Below are positions 56,515 to 64,000 of a DNA stretch of 64,000 nucleotides, piece by piece. Under the pieces are notes generated by a model, which searched no databases, was not told where the DNA came from, and saw only the letters and a program-made list of their open reading frames with translations. The number at the start of each line of letters is the position of its first letter. The first letter of the stretch is position 1. A program made the position numbers and the translations under genes. Origin of the DNA: Zestosphaera sp. (GTDB lineage Archaea; Thermoproteota; Thermoprotei_A; Sulfolobales; NBVN01); assembly GCA_038727705.1 (NCBI GenBank), contig JAVYVJ010000001.1, forward strand, positions 95,924 to 159,923, written 5' to 3'.

Positions 56515-56976
56515 GTGCGCGTGGTTCAAGGCTTGGATGAGCTGGATAAGAAAATCTTGAACGTTCTTCAGGAGAACGCGGATGTGACGTATTCCGAGCT
56601 TGGGAAGATGTTGGGGGTGAGCCCCTCCACAGTCTACATGCGTTTGAGGAAGCTGAAGGAAAGGGGATTCATAAAGAGGATAGTTGCTGAGGTGTCGCCG
56701 GAGCTCGTGGGGCTTAACCTCAGGGCGCTAATATTTTTGACCATAGATGTCAGGAAGTACAACGATATAGTGGGTAAGCTGGCCGGCATATCTAACGTTA
56801 AGACCGTCTACGACGTGACTGGCGAGTGGGCTTTGGTTGCTGAGGTCTATGTCAAGGATCATAAGGAGCTCTCTGAGATGCTGGACGTCATAGGGTCTCT
56901 AGAGGGTGTTCAGAGAACATCAACAGCAGTGGTTCTGAGAGTGATTAAGGAGGATAGAAAGGTCCTGATAACTTGA
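56515..56976 (+). CDS. Lrp/AsnC family transcriptional regulator
   Basis: 153 aa with LDELDKKILNVLQENADVTYSELGKMLGVSPSTVYMRLRKLKERGFI (HTH) plus a C-terminal RAM/ACT-like domain. Confidence 0.85.
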   Translation: MRVVQGLDELDKKILNVLQENADVTYSELGKMLGVSPSTVYMRLRKLKERGFIKRIVAEVSPELVGLNLRALIFLTIDVRKYNDIVGKLAGISNVKTVYDVTGEWALVAEVYVKDHKELSEMLDVIGSLEGVQRTSTAVVLRVIKEDRKVLIT

Positions 56977-57482
56977 AGCCCATATATGCCTACGGGTATT
57001 TCGTGGTTTTGCCTACGGGCGATTTTCATCAAATAGTGATTTATGAGTACGTAGACGCGGCTGAGGAGCTTGCGTCAGCCATCAAGGGTGGACTTAGCAG
57101 GGAGCTGGAGTTGATGAGGGGCAACATGCAGTCCTTCCTTGATGAGGAGGTAGTGAAGATTAACGGGGTTGACGTCAGGCCTGAAGTTCTTCTAGTGGAC
57201 GTGGGTTTCAGGGGCTCTCTAAAGAGGCCCTACATAGAGTTCCTGATTCACTTCAGGGGGGACCTGGTTGACGGCGTCAACACCTACGAGAACACCTACA
57301 ACGCGGAGGTCGCTACATACGATTACAGCGTTGCTTGGGTATTCCCGCCTGGCTTTGAGGTAGTCGACGCTGAGGTGGGGGTTACCCACAGGATTGAACC
57401 CCCTAACGTGCTGAAGTTCAGGGTTGAAAAGGGCTTCAAGACCCCTGGCTACGAGAGGATTCGCTTCCGCCGCGTTGTCTAG
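56973..57482 (+). CDS. Hypothetical protein, translationally coupled to the Lrp gene
   Basis: 169-aa ORF whose TTG start overlaps the Lrp stop (TTGA). Composition is coding-like. I recognise no family. Confidence 0.5.
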   Translation: MKPIYAYGYFVVLPTGDFHQIVIYEYVDAAEELASAIKGGLSRELELMRGNMQSFLDEEVVKINGVDVRPEVLLVDVGFRGSLKRPYIEFLIHFRGDLVDGVNTYENTYNAEVATYDYSVAWVFPPGFEVVDAEVGVTHRIEPPNVLKFRVEKGFKTPGYERIRFRRVV

Positions 57483-58545
57483 CCCTCCTGAGGTGCCTCA
57501 GGTAGTACTGGATAGGGCTCCTGACACCGCATTCGGCTACACACATCCCTAGCTCCTTCATGTTGGCGCATTTATACATGCTGTACTTCTTGCCTCCTCC
57601 CTTCAGCCCCGCCAAGTGCTCTACCTGATATCTAGCCACCCTCTCGTTGAAGTCCGGCGCGTTCCTCATTAAATCGAGCACGTAATCCGTTGTAGCCCCT
57701 ATGTTCAGGAGGAAGGTCGCCAGGGCAAACCTCTGGCTGTGGGTTAGATGTTCGTTCGCCCTCAACGACGTGATTAAATCACCTATGCAGGGGGGGAAGA
57801 ACTCCTCCCTAACCTCCCCTAATAGGGTTTGACCCCCTTCAGGGGCCTCATCGCTTGTGTAGCCACGCTTGCTACGGACTAGACTCCTAACCTCATCCTT
57901 CAGGCCCTCCACAGCATCCCTGTTAATCACCTTCAGACTAAGGGTCTCGAAGATCCTCAGCAGATACTCCTTAAGGGGGTCTTCAAGTAGCCGGACGTAC
58001 TTCTTCTTAGACAGGTATACGTAGCCTCTCTCCACATACGTGCTGGCAAGCGACCAGCTGACCTCGCCCAGTAGCCTCTCAGCACACATCAGGTATCTGG
58101 GGATAGTCATTCTGAACTGGAAGCATGAGAACTCAGGTCTCGGCTTGGTCTCCAGGACAACTTTGTGCCCGCACTCATCATCCTTAGCCAACAACTCGCC
58201 TACCACGCCCAGCCTCCGAGACACGTCCCACACAAACCTGCTACTCTCCCCCTCTAAGAGGGTGATGAAAGCCTTAACCTCGCTATCCACATACTTCATC
58301 AGCGCCCACCTGTCAGCCAGTCCTGCAACCAGCAGTCCCATGTAGAAGGATAGATATTCATCCTCCCCGTGCTCCGTCCTTGTGGTCTGCCCACCGTCTA
58401 GGACAGCGTTCCTAACCCTCTCCATAACCCTGGTTCTCAAGTGCCCCACGCTGAACAGCCTCTCTAGGCCGATCTCGCTGCCGTATCTCTCTCTGAAATA
58501 CTCATCAAGGTCTTTGAGGAAGGGATATGTGTAGTAGCTACACAC
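57436..58545 (-). CDS. priL: DNA primase large subunit PriL
   Basis: 369 aa with FFPPCIGDLI and HLTHSQRFALATFLLNIG. Fe-S Cys residues lie in YKCANMKELGMCVAECGVRSPIQYY. Confidence 0.85.
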   Translation of the reverse strand: MCSYYTYPFLKDLDEYFRERYGSEIGLERLFSVGHLRTRVMERVRNAVLDGGQTTRTEHGEDEYLSFYMGLLVAGLADRWALMKYVDSEVKAFITLLEGESSRFVWDVSRRLGVVGELLAKDDECGHKVVLETKPRPEFSCFQFRMTIPRYLMCAERLLGEVSWSLASTYVERGYVYLSKKKYVRLLEDPLKEYLLRIFETLSLKVINRDAVEGLKDEVRSLVRSKRGYTSDEAPEGGQTLLGEVREEFFPPCIGDLITSLRANEHLTHSQRFALATFLLNIGATTDYVLDLMRNAPDFNERVARYQVEHLAGLKGGGKKYSMYKCANMKELGMCVAECGVRSPIQYYLRHLRRARQRGGSESSRSQGS

Positions 58546-58633
58546 TAGCAGACCCCTGCCAGGCTAACATTGTAATTAGGGAGTTAATATTTTCGTCCGT
58601 TGTTTTTATTAATGTAGTCCGAAATTATGGTTA

Positions 58634-60385
58634 ATGAGGTGGGCTACGATAGGCAGGTGGGTGGTTACCTCAGCATGGCCTTACATAAACTCGGTCCCGC
58701 ATTTGGGTAACATGATTGGCAGTGTCCTCTCCGCCGACGTCTACGCAAGGTTTCTGAGGATGATTGGCGAGGACGTAGTTTTCGTTAGCGGTAGCGACGA
58801 GCATGGGACTGTGATCGAGGTTGAGGCACGCAGGAAGGGGGTGACCCCTAAGGAACTGACCGATGTTTCTCACGAGTACATAGTTAAGCTCTGGGAGTTA
58901 TGGGGGATATCGTTTGACAACTACACCAGGACGGAGAGCGAGATCCACAAAGACTTCGTTCAGAATTTCCTGACCAGGGTCTACGAGAATGGGTTCGTTG
59001 AGGAGAGGGAGCAGGTGATTCCCTACTGCTCCAGGGACAACATATATCTTCCTGACAGGTTCGTTGAGGGTGTTTGCCCCTACTGCGGTTTCGAGGGGGC
59101 TAGGGGGGATCAGTGTGATAATTGTGGGAGGCTCTTAGAGCCTGACCAGCTGGTAAACCCTAGATGCGTTCTATGTGGTTCCCCTCCTGTCTTCAGAAGT
59201 AGGAGACACTGGTTCTTCAGACTCGACATGCTGGAGGGCGAGATACTCTCCTGGATAACCGGACACGAGTTCCTCGAAGAGAATGTGAGGAACTTCACAG
59301 TCTCCTGGATAAAGACGACGGGTCTCGCTCCCAGGTCGCTTACGCGTGATAATAAATGGGGTATCCCGGCGCCTTTCCCGAACTCTGGGGATAAGACGGT
59401 GTATGTGTGGTTCGACGCTCTGCTGGGGTATCTGTCAGCCACTAAGGAGTACTTCTCGAGGTTGGGTAGGGAGTCTGAGTGGGTTAAGTACTGGCTTGAC
59501 GGTGAGTCTCGGACAGCTTACTTCATAGGGAAGGACAACATACCGTTCCACGCTGTCATACTGCCGGCGCTCCTTATGGCCACTAGGGATCGGTACAACC
59601 TGCCTACAGTAATATCTGCCACGGAGTACCTGATGTATGAGGGTAGGAAGTTCAGTAAGAGTAGGAGGGTCGGTGTCTGGATTGACGAGGCGCTGAAGAT
59701 AGTGGATGCCGTGGATTACTGGAGGTACTCCCTAATCAGGATGAGGCCTGAGGACAAGGACACCAACTTCAAGTGGTCGGAGTTCGTGAGGTTCGTCAAC
59801 AACGAGCTCAACGACCACATAGGCAATCTCATACACAGAGTCTTAACCCTGATAAATAGGTTCTTCGACGGCGTTGTCGAGGATGTGAGCCCAGCTGGGG
59901 ACGTTGATGCGGAGTTCAGGAAATTCATAGATGACTCATGGAACTCCTATAAATCCCTGATGTTGCGCGCTAGGTTGAGGGACGCTAGTGAGTTGATAGT
60001 TAAGCTCGGCGAGAGAGGTAATCAGTATGTGAACGTTAAAGCTCCTTGGGCTAAGGTTAGAGAGGATGTTGAGGATGCTAAGGTAACGCTTAACCTGGGC
60101 TTCACTACGGTGTTGACGTTAGCGGTCATGCTCTACCCAATAACCCCCGGGTCGGCTGAAAGGATATTTAGGGTCATTAACGTGAGTTCTGAGAAGCCCC
60201 TCGTTAAGGAACATCCGCTGGAGTTGGTTAGACTGCCCCACAGGATAGGTAGGCCGGAGCAGATCTTCACTAAACTCCCTCAAAGCCTCGTTAAGACATT
60301 GCTGAACGACGATGAGAGGGAACGCTATCTAGAGGGGCTGCGGAATGAATTAAATAATGAAAGGCCAGAAGTGCTCAGGTTTTAA
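58634..60385 (+). CDS. metG: Methionyl-tRNA synthetase
   Basis: 583 aa with a HIGH-type motif PHLGN, a KMSKS-type motif KFSKS, and zinc knuckles CPYCG...CDNCG...CVLCG. A leaderless ATG lies about 26 nt after TTTTTATTAATG. There is no C-terminal Trbp111-like domain. Confidence 0.95.
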   Translation: MRWATIGRWVVTSAWPYINSVPHLGNMIGSVLSADVYARFLRMIGEDVVFVSGSDEHGTVIEVEARRKGVTPKELTDVSHEYIVKLWELWGISFDNYTRTESEIHKDFVQNFLTRVYENGFVEEREQVIPYCSRDNIYLPDRFVEGVCPYCGFEGARGDQCDNCGRLLEPDQLVNPRCVLCGSPPVFRSRRHWFFRLDMLEGEILSWITGHEFLEENVRNFTVSWIKTTGLAPRSLTRDNKWGIPAPFPNSGDKTVYVWFDALLGYLSATKEYFSRLGRESEWVKYWLDGESRTAYFIGKDNIPFHAVILPALLMATRDRYNLPTVISATEYLMYEGRKFSKSRRVGVWIDEALKIVDAVDYWRYSLIRMRPEDKDTNFKWSEFVRFVNNELNDHIGNLIHRVLTLINRFFDGVVEDVSPAGDVDAEFRKFIDDSWNSYKSLMLRARLRDASELIVKLGERGNQYVNVKAPWAKVREDVEDAKVTLNLGFTTVLTLAVMLYPITPGSAERIFRVINVSSEKPLVKEHPLELVRLPHRIGRPEQIFTKLPQSLVKTLLNDDERERYLEGLRNELNNERPEVLRF

Positions 60386-60853
60386 CTCCGCCTTCAATCC
60401 CCTCACCCTACCCTCAAACACGTTGACACCGTGCATGCTCTCCGATATCCTGACGAGCGCTCTGTAGCTCTTCTCGCTGAGTAGGATGTCGCTCTCAAAA
60501 GCTAAGACGTAGATGCCCTCAAAGGGGTTCAGCGGGGGGTCCGGCAGTGTTGGGTCCGGCTTCTCCTTACCTATGTATATCCACCTGACCTTCGAGTTGT
60601 GTTTGCGCGGGTTCGTGAGTTTATGCACCCTATACCAATATCTTCCGAAATAAACGTATTTAATGCTGACAAGCTTGTTCGGAGACTTAAGGTACACGAA
60701 ATGGAGTGGTTTTAGATAATACCCGCTGTCCTTAATCGTTAAATTGTACTCGTTTATCCTATGTTTATAGGGTTCGTATAGCTTCATCAGCAACGGATAG
60801 CCATCTATCACAGCTACCTTGGCCTTCAACGTCATCACTACTAATAGTTCCAT
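60350..60853 (-). CDS. Hypothetical protein
   Basis: 167-aa ORF. Its 3' end overlaps the metG 3' end by 36 nt (convergent). It contains an aromatic/basic segment YVYFGRYWYRVHKLTNPRKHNSKVRWIYIGKEKP. I recognise no family. Confidence 0.5.
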   Translation of the reverse strand: MELLVVMTLKAKVAVIDGYPLLMKLYEPYKHRINEYNLTIKDSGYYLKPLHFVYLKSPNKLVSIKYVYFGRYWYRVHKLTNPRKHNSKVRWIYIGKEKPDPTLPDPPLNPFEGIYVLAFESDILLSEKSYRALVRISESMHGVNVFEGRVRGLKAELKPEHFWPFII

Positions 60854-60952
60854 TATAGAGAGTTAAATACTCAACAGCCATGATAGTCCGGTTTCTCGAC
60901 CCTGGCTTAGGCCGCCTGCCCATCCTGTCCTGCCTTAGTGGTGGGTTCCTCA

Positions 60953-61384
60953 CTAAAGCTCGTTTCGGAGGCACTCCTCCGTCTTCAAAAACTTTAGCTT
61001 CCTCAGAGTGGTGTAGACCTCGTTCACGTATTCGTCTATGCGTTCCGGTGTCACCCCCCTCTCCTTAGTTATTTCCTTAACTTTCGCCTCAACCAGTGCG
61101 TAGCTCTTAAGGGTTTCATTAAGATGCCTCCAGTTTATGCCTGAGAGCGATGCGCCTACCGCGGGGTCGTATGGGATGGCGTTGGTCAGGTACAGCGCTG
61201 ATATTATCGGGTAGCCTACGTAGTTCCTGTAGACGGTCCCGTTATCCGTGCTGCATGCCTCCATCCTCTCAAGATCGACGTACACCCTGTACTCACGATC
61301 GCCCTCAGACGAGATGACCCGAAAAGTCTTCTCACCCACCTTAACGACTCTGTTGTCGGCTACCGCCCCCGCGGCCTCGAGCAC
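60953..61384 (-). CDS. Hypothetical protein
   Basis: 143-aa ORF with a GTG start, downstream of gcvH on the same strand, with its own AT-rich upstream region (AAATTTTTAAGTTTTAAAG on the minus strand). I recognise no family. Confidence 0.5.
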   Translation of the reverse strand: MLEAAGAVADNRVVKVGEKTFRVISSEGDREYRVYVDLERMEACSTDNGTVYRNYVGYPIISALYLTNAIPYDPAVGASLSGINWRHLNETLKSYALVEAKVKEITKERGVTPERIDEYVNEVYTTLRKLKFLKTEECLRNEL

Positions 61385-61465
61385 TTTAATCCTGGGAGGG
61401 AGTCTGAGGTACGTAATCCCACAAGTTATACGATGGCTTTAAAACTTAAAAATTTCTATGATGCG

Positions 61466-61903
61466 CTAGGAGGACTCCTCCTTCAGTATCTTACCCGCAT
61501 AGTCCTCAGCGCTTAGGACCTTGCTTCTGTCCAGGCCGGGCGCTCTTATCTTGATCAGCCACCCCTTCCCGTAGGGGTCTTTGTTTATTAGGTCGGGCTT
61601 ATCTACCAACTCCTCGTTGACTTCAATAACCTCGCCGGAAGTCGGTGTGTAGACCTCTGCGACAGCTTTGACGGACTCAAGTGAAGCTACGGCGTCACCG
61701 GACGAGACCCTCCTCCCAACCTCAGGCAGCTCGACACTAACTATGTACTTGAGTTTCTTCTGGGCGTAGTCCGTTATCCCTAAAGTGAGGACTTCCCCCT
61801 CCACCTTAATCCACTCATCATCCTTAGTGTACAGCAGGTTCTTAGGGATTAAGTACTCACCCAGTTTGGTCTTGATGTGAAAGACCGGAGATTCGTCCAT
61901 CAC
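61466..61903 (-). CDS. gcvH: Glycine cleavage system H protein (lipoyl carrier)
   Basis: 145 aa with GITDYAQKKL and the lipoyl-lysine motif LESVKAVAEVYTP. Start is GTG 61903 or ATG 61900. Confidence 0.9.
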   Translation of the reverse strand: MMDESPVFHIKTKLGEYLIPKNLLYTKDDEWIKVEGEVLTLGITDYAQKKLKYIVSVELPEVGRRVSSGDAVASLESVKAVAEVYTPTSGEVIEVNEELVDKPDLINKDPYGKGWLIKIRAPGLDRSKVLSAEDYAGKILKEESS

Positions 61904-61913
61904 TTACCCACCC

Positions 61914-63026
61914 TTAAATAAAGGGGAAGTCAACTATTTTAGCTTTTTGCTTGACGCCCCTGATCTCCACGTCCAACCGCGAGCCTATGTAGGCGTGGCT
62001 GACATCGACGTAGCCCATGCCTATCCCTGCGTTTAGGTATGGGGAAAACACCCCGCTAGTCACCCTCCCGACGAGGTTGTTGCCGGCGTATATCCCTGAG
62101 CCGTGCCTTGGTATGGCCCTCACCCCCTTCTTGAGCTTCAGGCCAACTCTAATTCTGGACACTCCCTTCTCGTATATCTCCCTGAGTTTAGGGCACCCGA
62201 CGCACTCCTCCTTCTCCAGCGATAATGGTAACCAATATCTGGCCTCGATAGGGTTGAGGTCCTCGCTCATGTCCTGCCCCACCAGGAGGTAGCCCATCTC
62301 AAGCCTCAGGGAGTCTCTGGCTATCAGCCCTGCCGGCTTAGCCCCTAGACTCACGGACTTCCTAATTATTTCCTTGCCGTGGTTCACGTCAGTCCATATC
62401 TCGAATCCATATGACCTGACTTCCTCACCAGTCCACCCGGAGTGGCTGACGAGCACGGTCTTCCTGCCCAGGACCTCGGCTCCGTAGGCGAACTCGAGTA
62501 TCTTGAGGTCCTTGGCGTTGCTGAAGCCCAGCCCCTCCATCACTTCAGCCGCCTTAGGTCCCTGTATGGATATCAGAACGGACTTTAGTGTGACGTCCTC
62601 GATCTCCACGTCCGTGTACCTCCATCTATCCCTCCAGGCAAGCATCCACTCCCTATCGCTCTCGACGTTGGGGGCGTTGACGACGGCGAGCCATAGGTTG
62701 TCGTTGACTTTATACAGCATTATGTCATCCCTTATGCCGGCGTTCTCGTTCATAAGCAACACCGGCCCGCTCATCCGCCCCTCCTCAACATCGCTTAAGT
62801 CCTTGGAGACTAGCTTCTGCAGGAACTCGAAGACGGACCTACCTCTCATCACGTACCTACCCATGTGCGACACGTCAAACACTGAGGCGGAGGTTCGTGT
62901 GTTGACATGCTCTTCGATCGGGTTACCGTAATCCATTGAGGTCAGCCAGCCTGCGAACTCGCCGACGCTGCCGCCTAACTCCCTCTGAACCTCAAGCAGG
63001 GGTACCTCCTTAACTATGTTAAACAC
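61914..63026 (-). CDS. gcvT: Glycine cleavage system T protein (aminomethyltransferase)
   Basis: Motifs GEFAGWLTSMDYG and ASVFDVSHMGRYVMRG. Start is placed at GTG 63026, leaderless about 27 nt after a minus-strand TATA-like TCAGTTAAAAGG. The ORF-track ATG at 63098 overlaps the gcvPA start. Confidence 0.85.
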   Translation of the reverse strand: MFNIVKEVPLLEVQRELGGSVGEFAGWLTSMDYGNPIEEHVNTRTSASVFDVSHMGRYVMRGRSVFEFLQKLVSKDLSDVEEGRMSGPVLLMNENAGIRDDIMLYKVNDNLWLAVVNAPNVESDREWMLAWRDRWRYTDVEIEDVTLKSVLISIQGPKAAEVMEGLGFSNAKDLKILEFAYGAEVLGRKTVLVSHSGWTGEEVRSYGFEIWTDVNHGKEIIRKSVSLGAKPAGLIARDSLRLEMGYLLVGQDMSEDLNPIEARYWLPLSLEKEECVGCPKLREIYEKGVSRIRVGLKLKKGVRAIPRHGSGIYAGNNLVGRVTSGVFSPYLNAGIGMGYVDVSHAYIGSRLDVEIRGVKQKAKIVDFPFI

Positions 63027-63028
63027 CC

Positions 63029-63061
63029 GATATAATACTGGTGAAGACCTTTTAACTGAAA
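63029..63061. promoter_or_regulatory. Compact bidirectional promoter region of gcvT-gcvH (minus) and gcvPA (plus)
   Basis: Two back-to-back AT-rich boxes: GATATAATACTGG (plus) and GACCTTTTAACTGA (reads TCAGTTAAAAGGTC on minus). They lie within the 66-nt spacer between GTG 63026 and ATG 63093. Confidence 0.45.
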
Positions 63062-63092
63062 ACGTGGTATTTTCCCTTGAGAGGTTGGTGTG

Positions 63093-64000
63093 ATGCATAA
63101 CTGGATACCCAACTCATCACCGGAGATCAGGGGGGAGCTATTAAGAGATCTCGGATTGAAGGATGTTTCAGAGCTTTTCAGCGACGTGCCGCCGCAGCTC
63201 CTCCTCGCAAGGGATCTTAACGTAGGTTTCGGCAGGACCCTAGCTGAATACGAGGTGGTGAGGCTCTTCAATACCTTAATATCCAAGAACCGCTTAAGCG
63301 AGGTCCCCTCGTTCATGGGGGGTGGGCTTTGCCAGCACTACGTGCCCTCGGCCGTTAAGGCCCTCGTCTCCAGATCCGAGTTCTACACCGCATACACCCC
63401 CTACCAGGCCGAGATAGCTCAAGGACTTCTCCAGGCGTTGTTCGAGTATCAAAGCCTCATGGCCGACCTCTACGGTGTGAAGGTGGTTAACGCGTCAATG
63501 TACAATGGGAGCACCGCCTCCGCTGAGGCTGTTCTGATGGCTGCACGTGCTAAAAAGAGGAGGAGGATCCTGATTAGCGAGTCCGTCCATCCGGAGGTAG
63601 TGGAGGTGATCAGAACGTGGGGCTTCGGGGCGGGGTTAGAGCTCGTTAACGTAGGTCTCGATAGGGAGTCCGGGCAGATCAGCTTGAGTGATCTTAGAAG
63701 CAAGCTGTCGGACGAGGTGGCCGCAGTCTTCGTGCAGACGCCCAACTTCTTCGGAGTCGTTGAATCGGTGGTTAGAGAGGTTATTGAAGAGACGCACAGG
63801 GTCAACGCCCTGAGCATAGTCTACACACATCCGCTAGCGCTCGGCGTTCTCGAGGCCCCGGGAGCCATGGGGGCCGACGTGGTTGTGGGCGACGTTCAGG
63901 GTTTGGGTGTGGGGCTTAACTTCGGAGGCCCCTCCGCAGGAATACTCGGCATAAACGATGACAAGGAATTACTTCGCCAGTTTCCAGGCAGGTTGATAGG
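63093..64000 (+). CDS. gcvPA: Glycine dehydrogenase (decarboxylating) subunit 1, 3'-truncated by window edge
   Basis: Not in the ORF track because it runs off the window. My translation from ATG 63093 reads MHNWIPNSSPEIRGELLRDLGLKDVSELFSDVPP...FMGGGLCQHYVPSAV...TAYTPYQAEIAQGLLQALFEYQSL..., with no stop through 64000. Confidence 0.9.
   Translation, partial: MHNWIPNSSPEIRGELLRDLGLKDVSELFSDVPPQLLLARDLNVGFGRTLAEYEVVRLFNTLISKNRLSEVPSFMGGGLCQHYVPSAVKALVSRSEFYTAYTPYQAEIAQGLLQALFEYQSLMADLYGVKVVNASMYNGSTASAEAVLMAARAKKRRRILISESVHPEVVEVIRTWGFGAGLELVNVGLDRESGQISLSDLRSKLSDEVAAVFVQTPNFFGVVESVVREVIEETHRVNALSIVYTHPLALGVLEAPGAMGADVVVGDVQGLGVGLNFGGPSAGILGINDDKELLRQFPGRLI

Noticed and set aside
1-64000. Search for CRISPR arrays, IS elements/transposases/integrases, inteins in atpA/nrdJ/priL/metG, toxin-antitoxin pairs and known defence genes
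   Set aside because: I saw no regularly spaced direct repeats. Protein lengths fit intein-free versions. No ORF has recombinase, nuclease-helicase or TA-like motifs that I can recognise.

Overview
Densely coding archaeal chromosomal window of about 62 CDS and 1 tRNA. There is no rRNA, CRISPR array, IS element, transposase, integrase or intein, and no recognisable defence system. AT-rich TATA-like boxes sit about 25-30 nt upstream of often leaderless ATG/GTG/TTG starts. Together with a cdvA-cdvB-cdvC division operon, a protein disulfide oxidoreductase and a tungsten AOR, this points to a hyperthermophilic crenarchaeon (Thermoprotei, Desulfurococcales/Acidilobales-like). That assignment is an inference with no database check. 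Gene content in order:
- Two Opp/Dpp-type ABC peptide importer modules, neither with ATPase genes.
- Peptidases (M20, M24, Pcp), a macro-domain protein, an OYE-FAD oxidoreductase, a biotin-domain-less OadA/PycB-like carboxyltransferase and an SSS transporter.
- A nucleoside phosphorylase, a ligand-less amidohydrolase homolog, a stand-alone uS19 gene, PDO and class II RNR.
- cdvABC, enolase, and a complete A1AO ATP synthase operon (atpHIKECFABD).
- A GG-terminal beta-grasp gene divergent from AOR, followed by cupin, epimerase, aroD-like, ADH and Ldh_2 genes.
- An organic-acid block: TRAP transporter, CoA-transferase, nitroreductase, two unknowns, 2-hydroxyacid dehydrogenase, a truncated PrpD/MmgE gene, malic enzyme and class I fumarase.
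- Creatininase-family and UPF0216-like genes, tRNA-His, PCNA, Lrp, PriL, MetRS, two unknowns, and the glycine cleavage genes gcvT, gcvH and gcvPA.

I found no clear-cut novel multi-gene system. The best leads are:
- A duplicated 4-helix ATPase proteolipid with an NtpK-like Na+ ligand pattern.
- The ubiquitin-like/MoaD-like GG protein paired with AOR.
- A C/D-box-like structured RNA candidate between nrdJ and cdvC.
- A metal-ligand-less amidohydrolase homolog.
- A perfect 22-bp palindrome between two divergent promoters.
- Several small clusters of uncharacterised genes.

All functional calls come from reading motifs in the supplied translations. No searches or computations were run.
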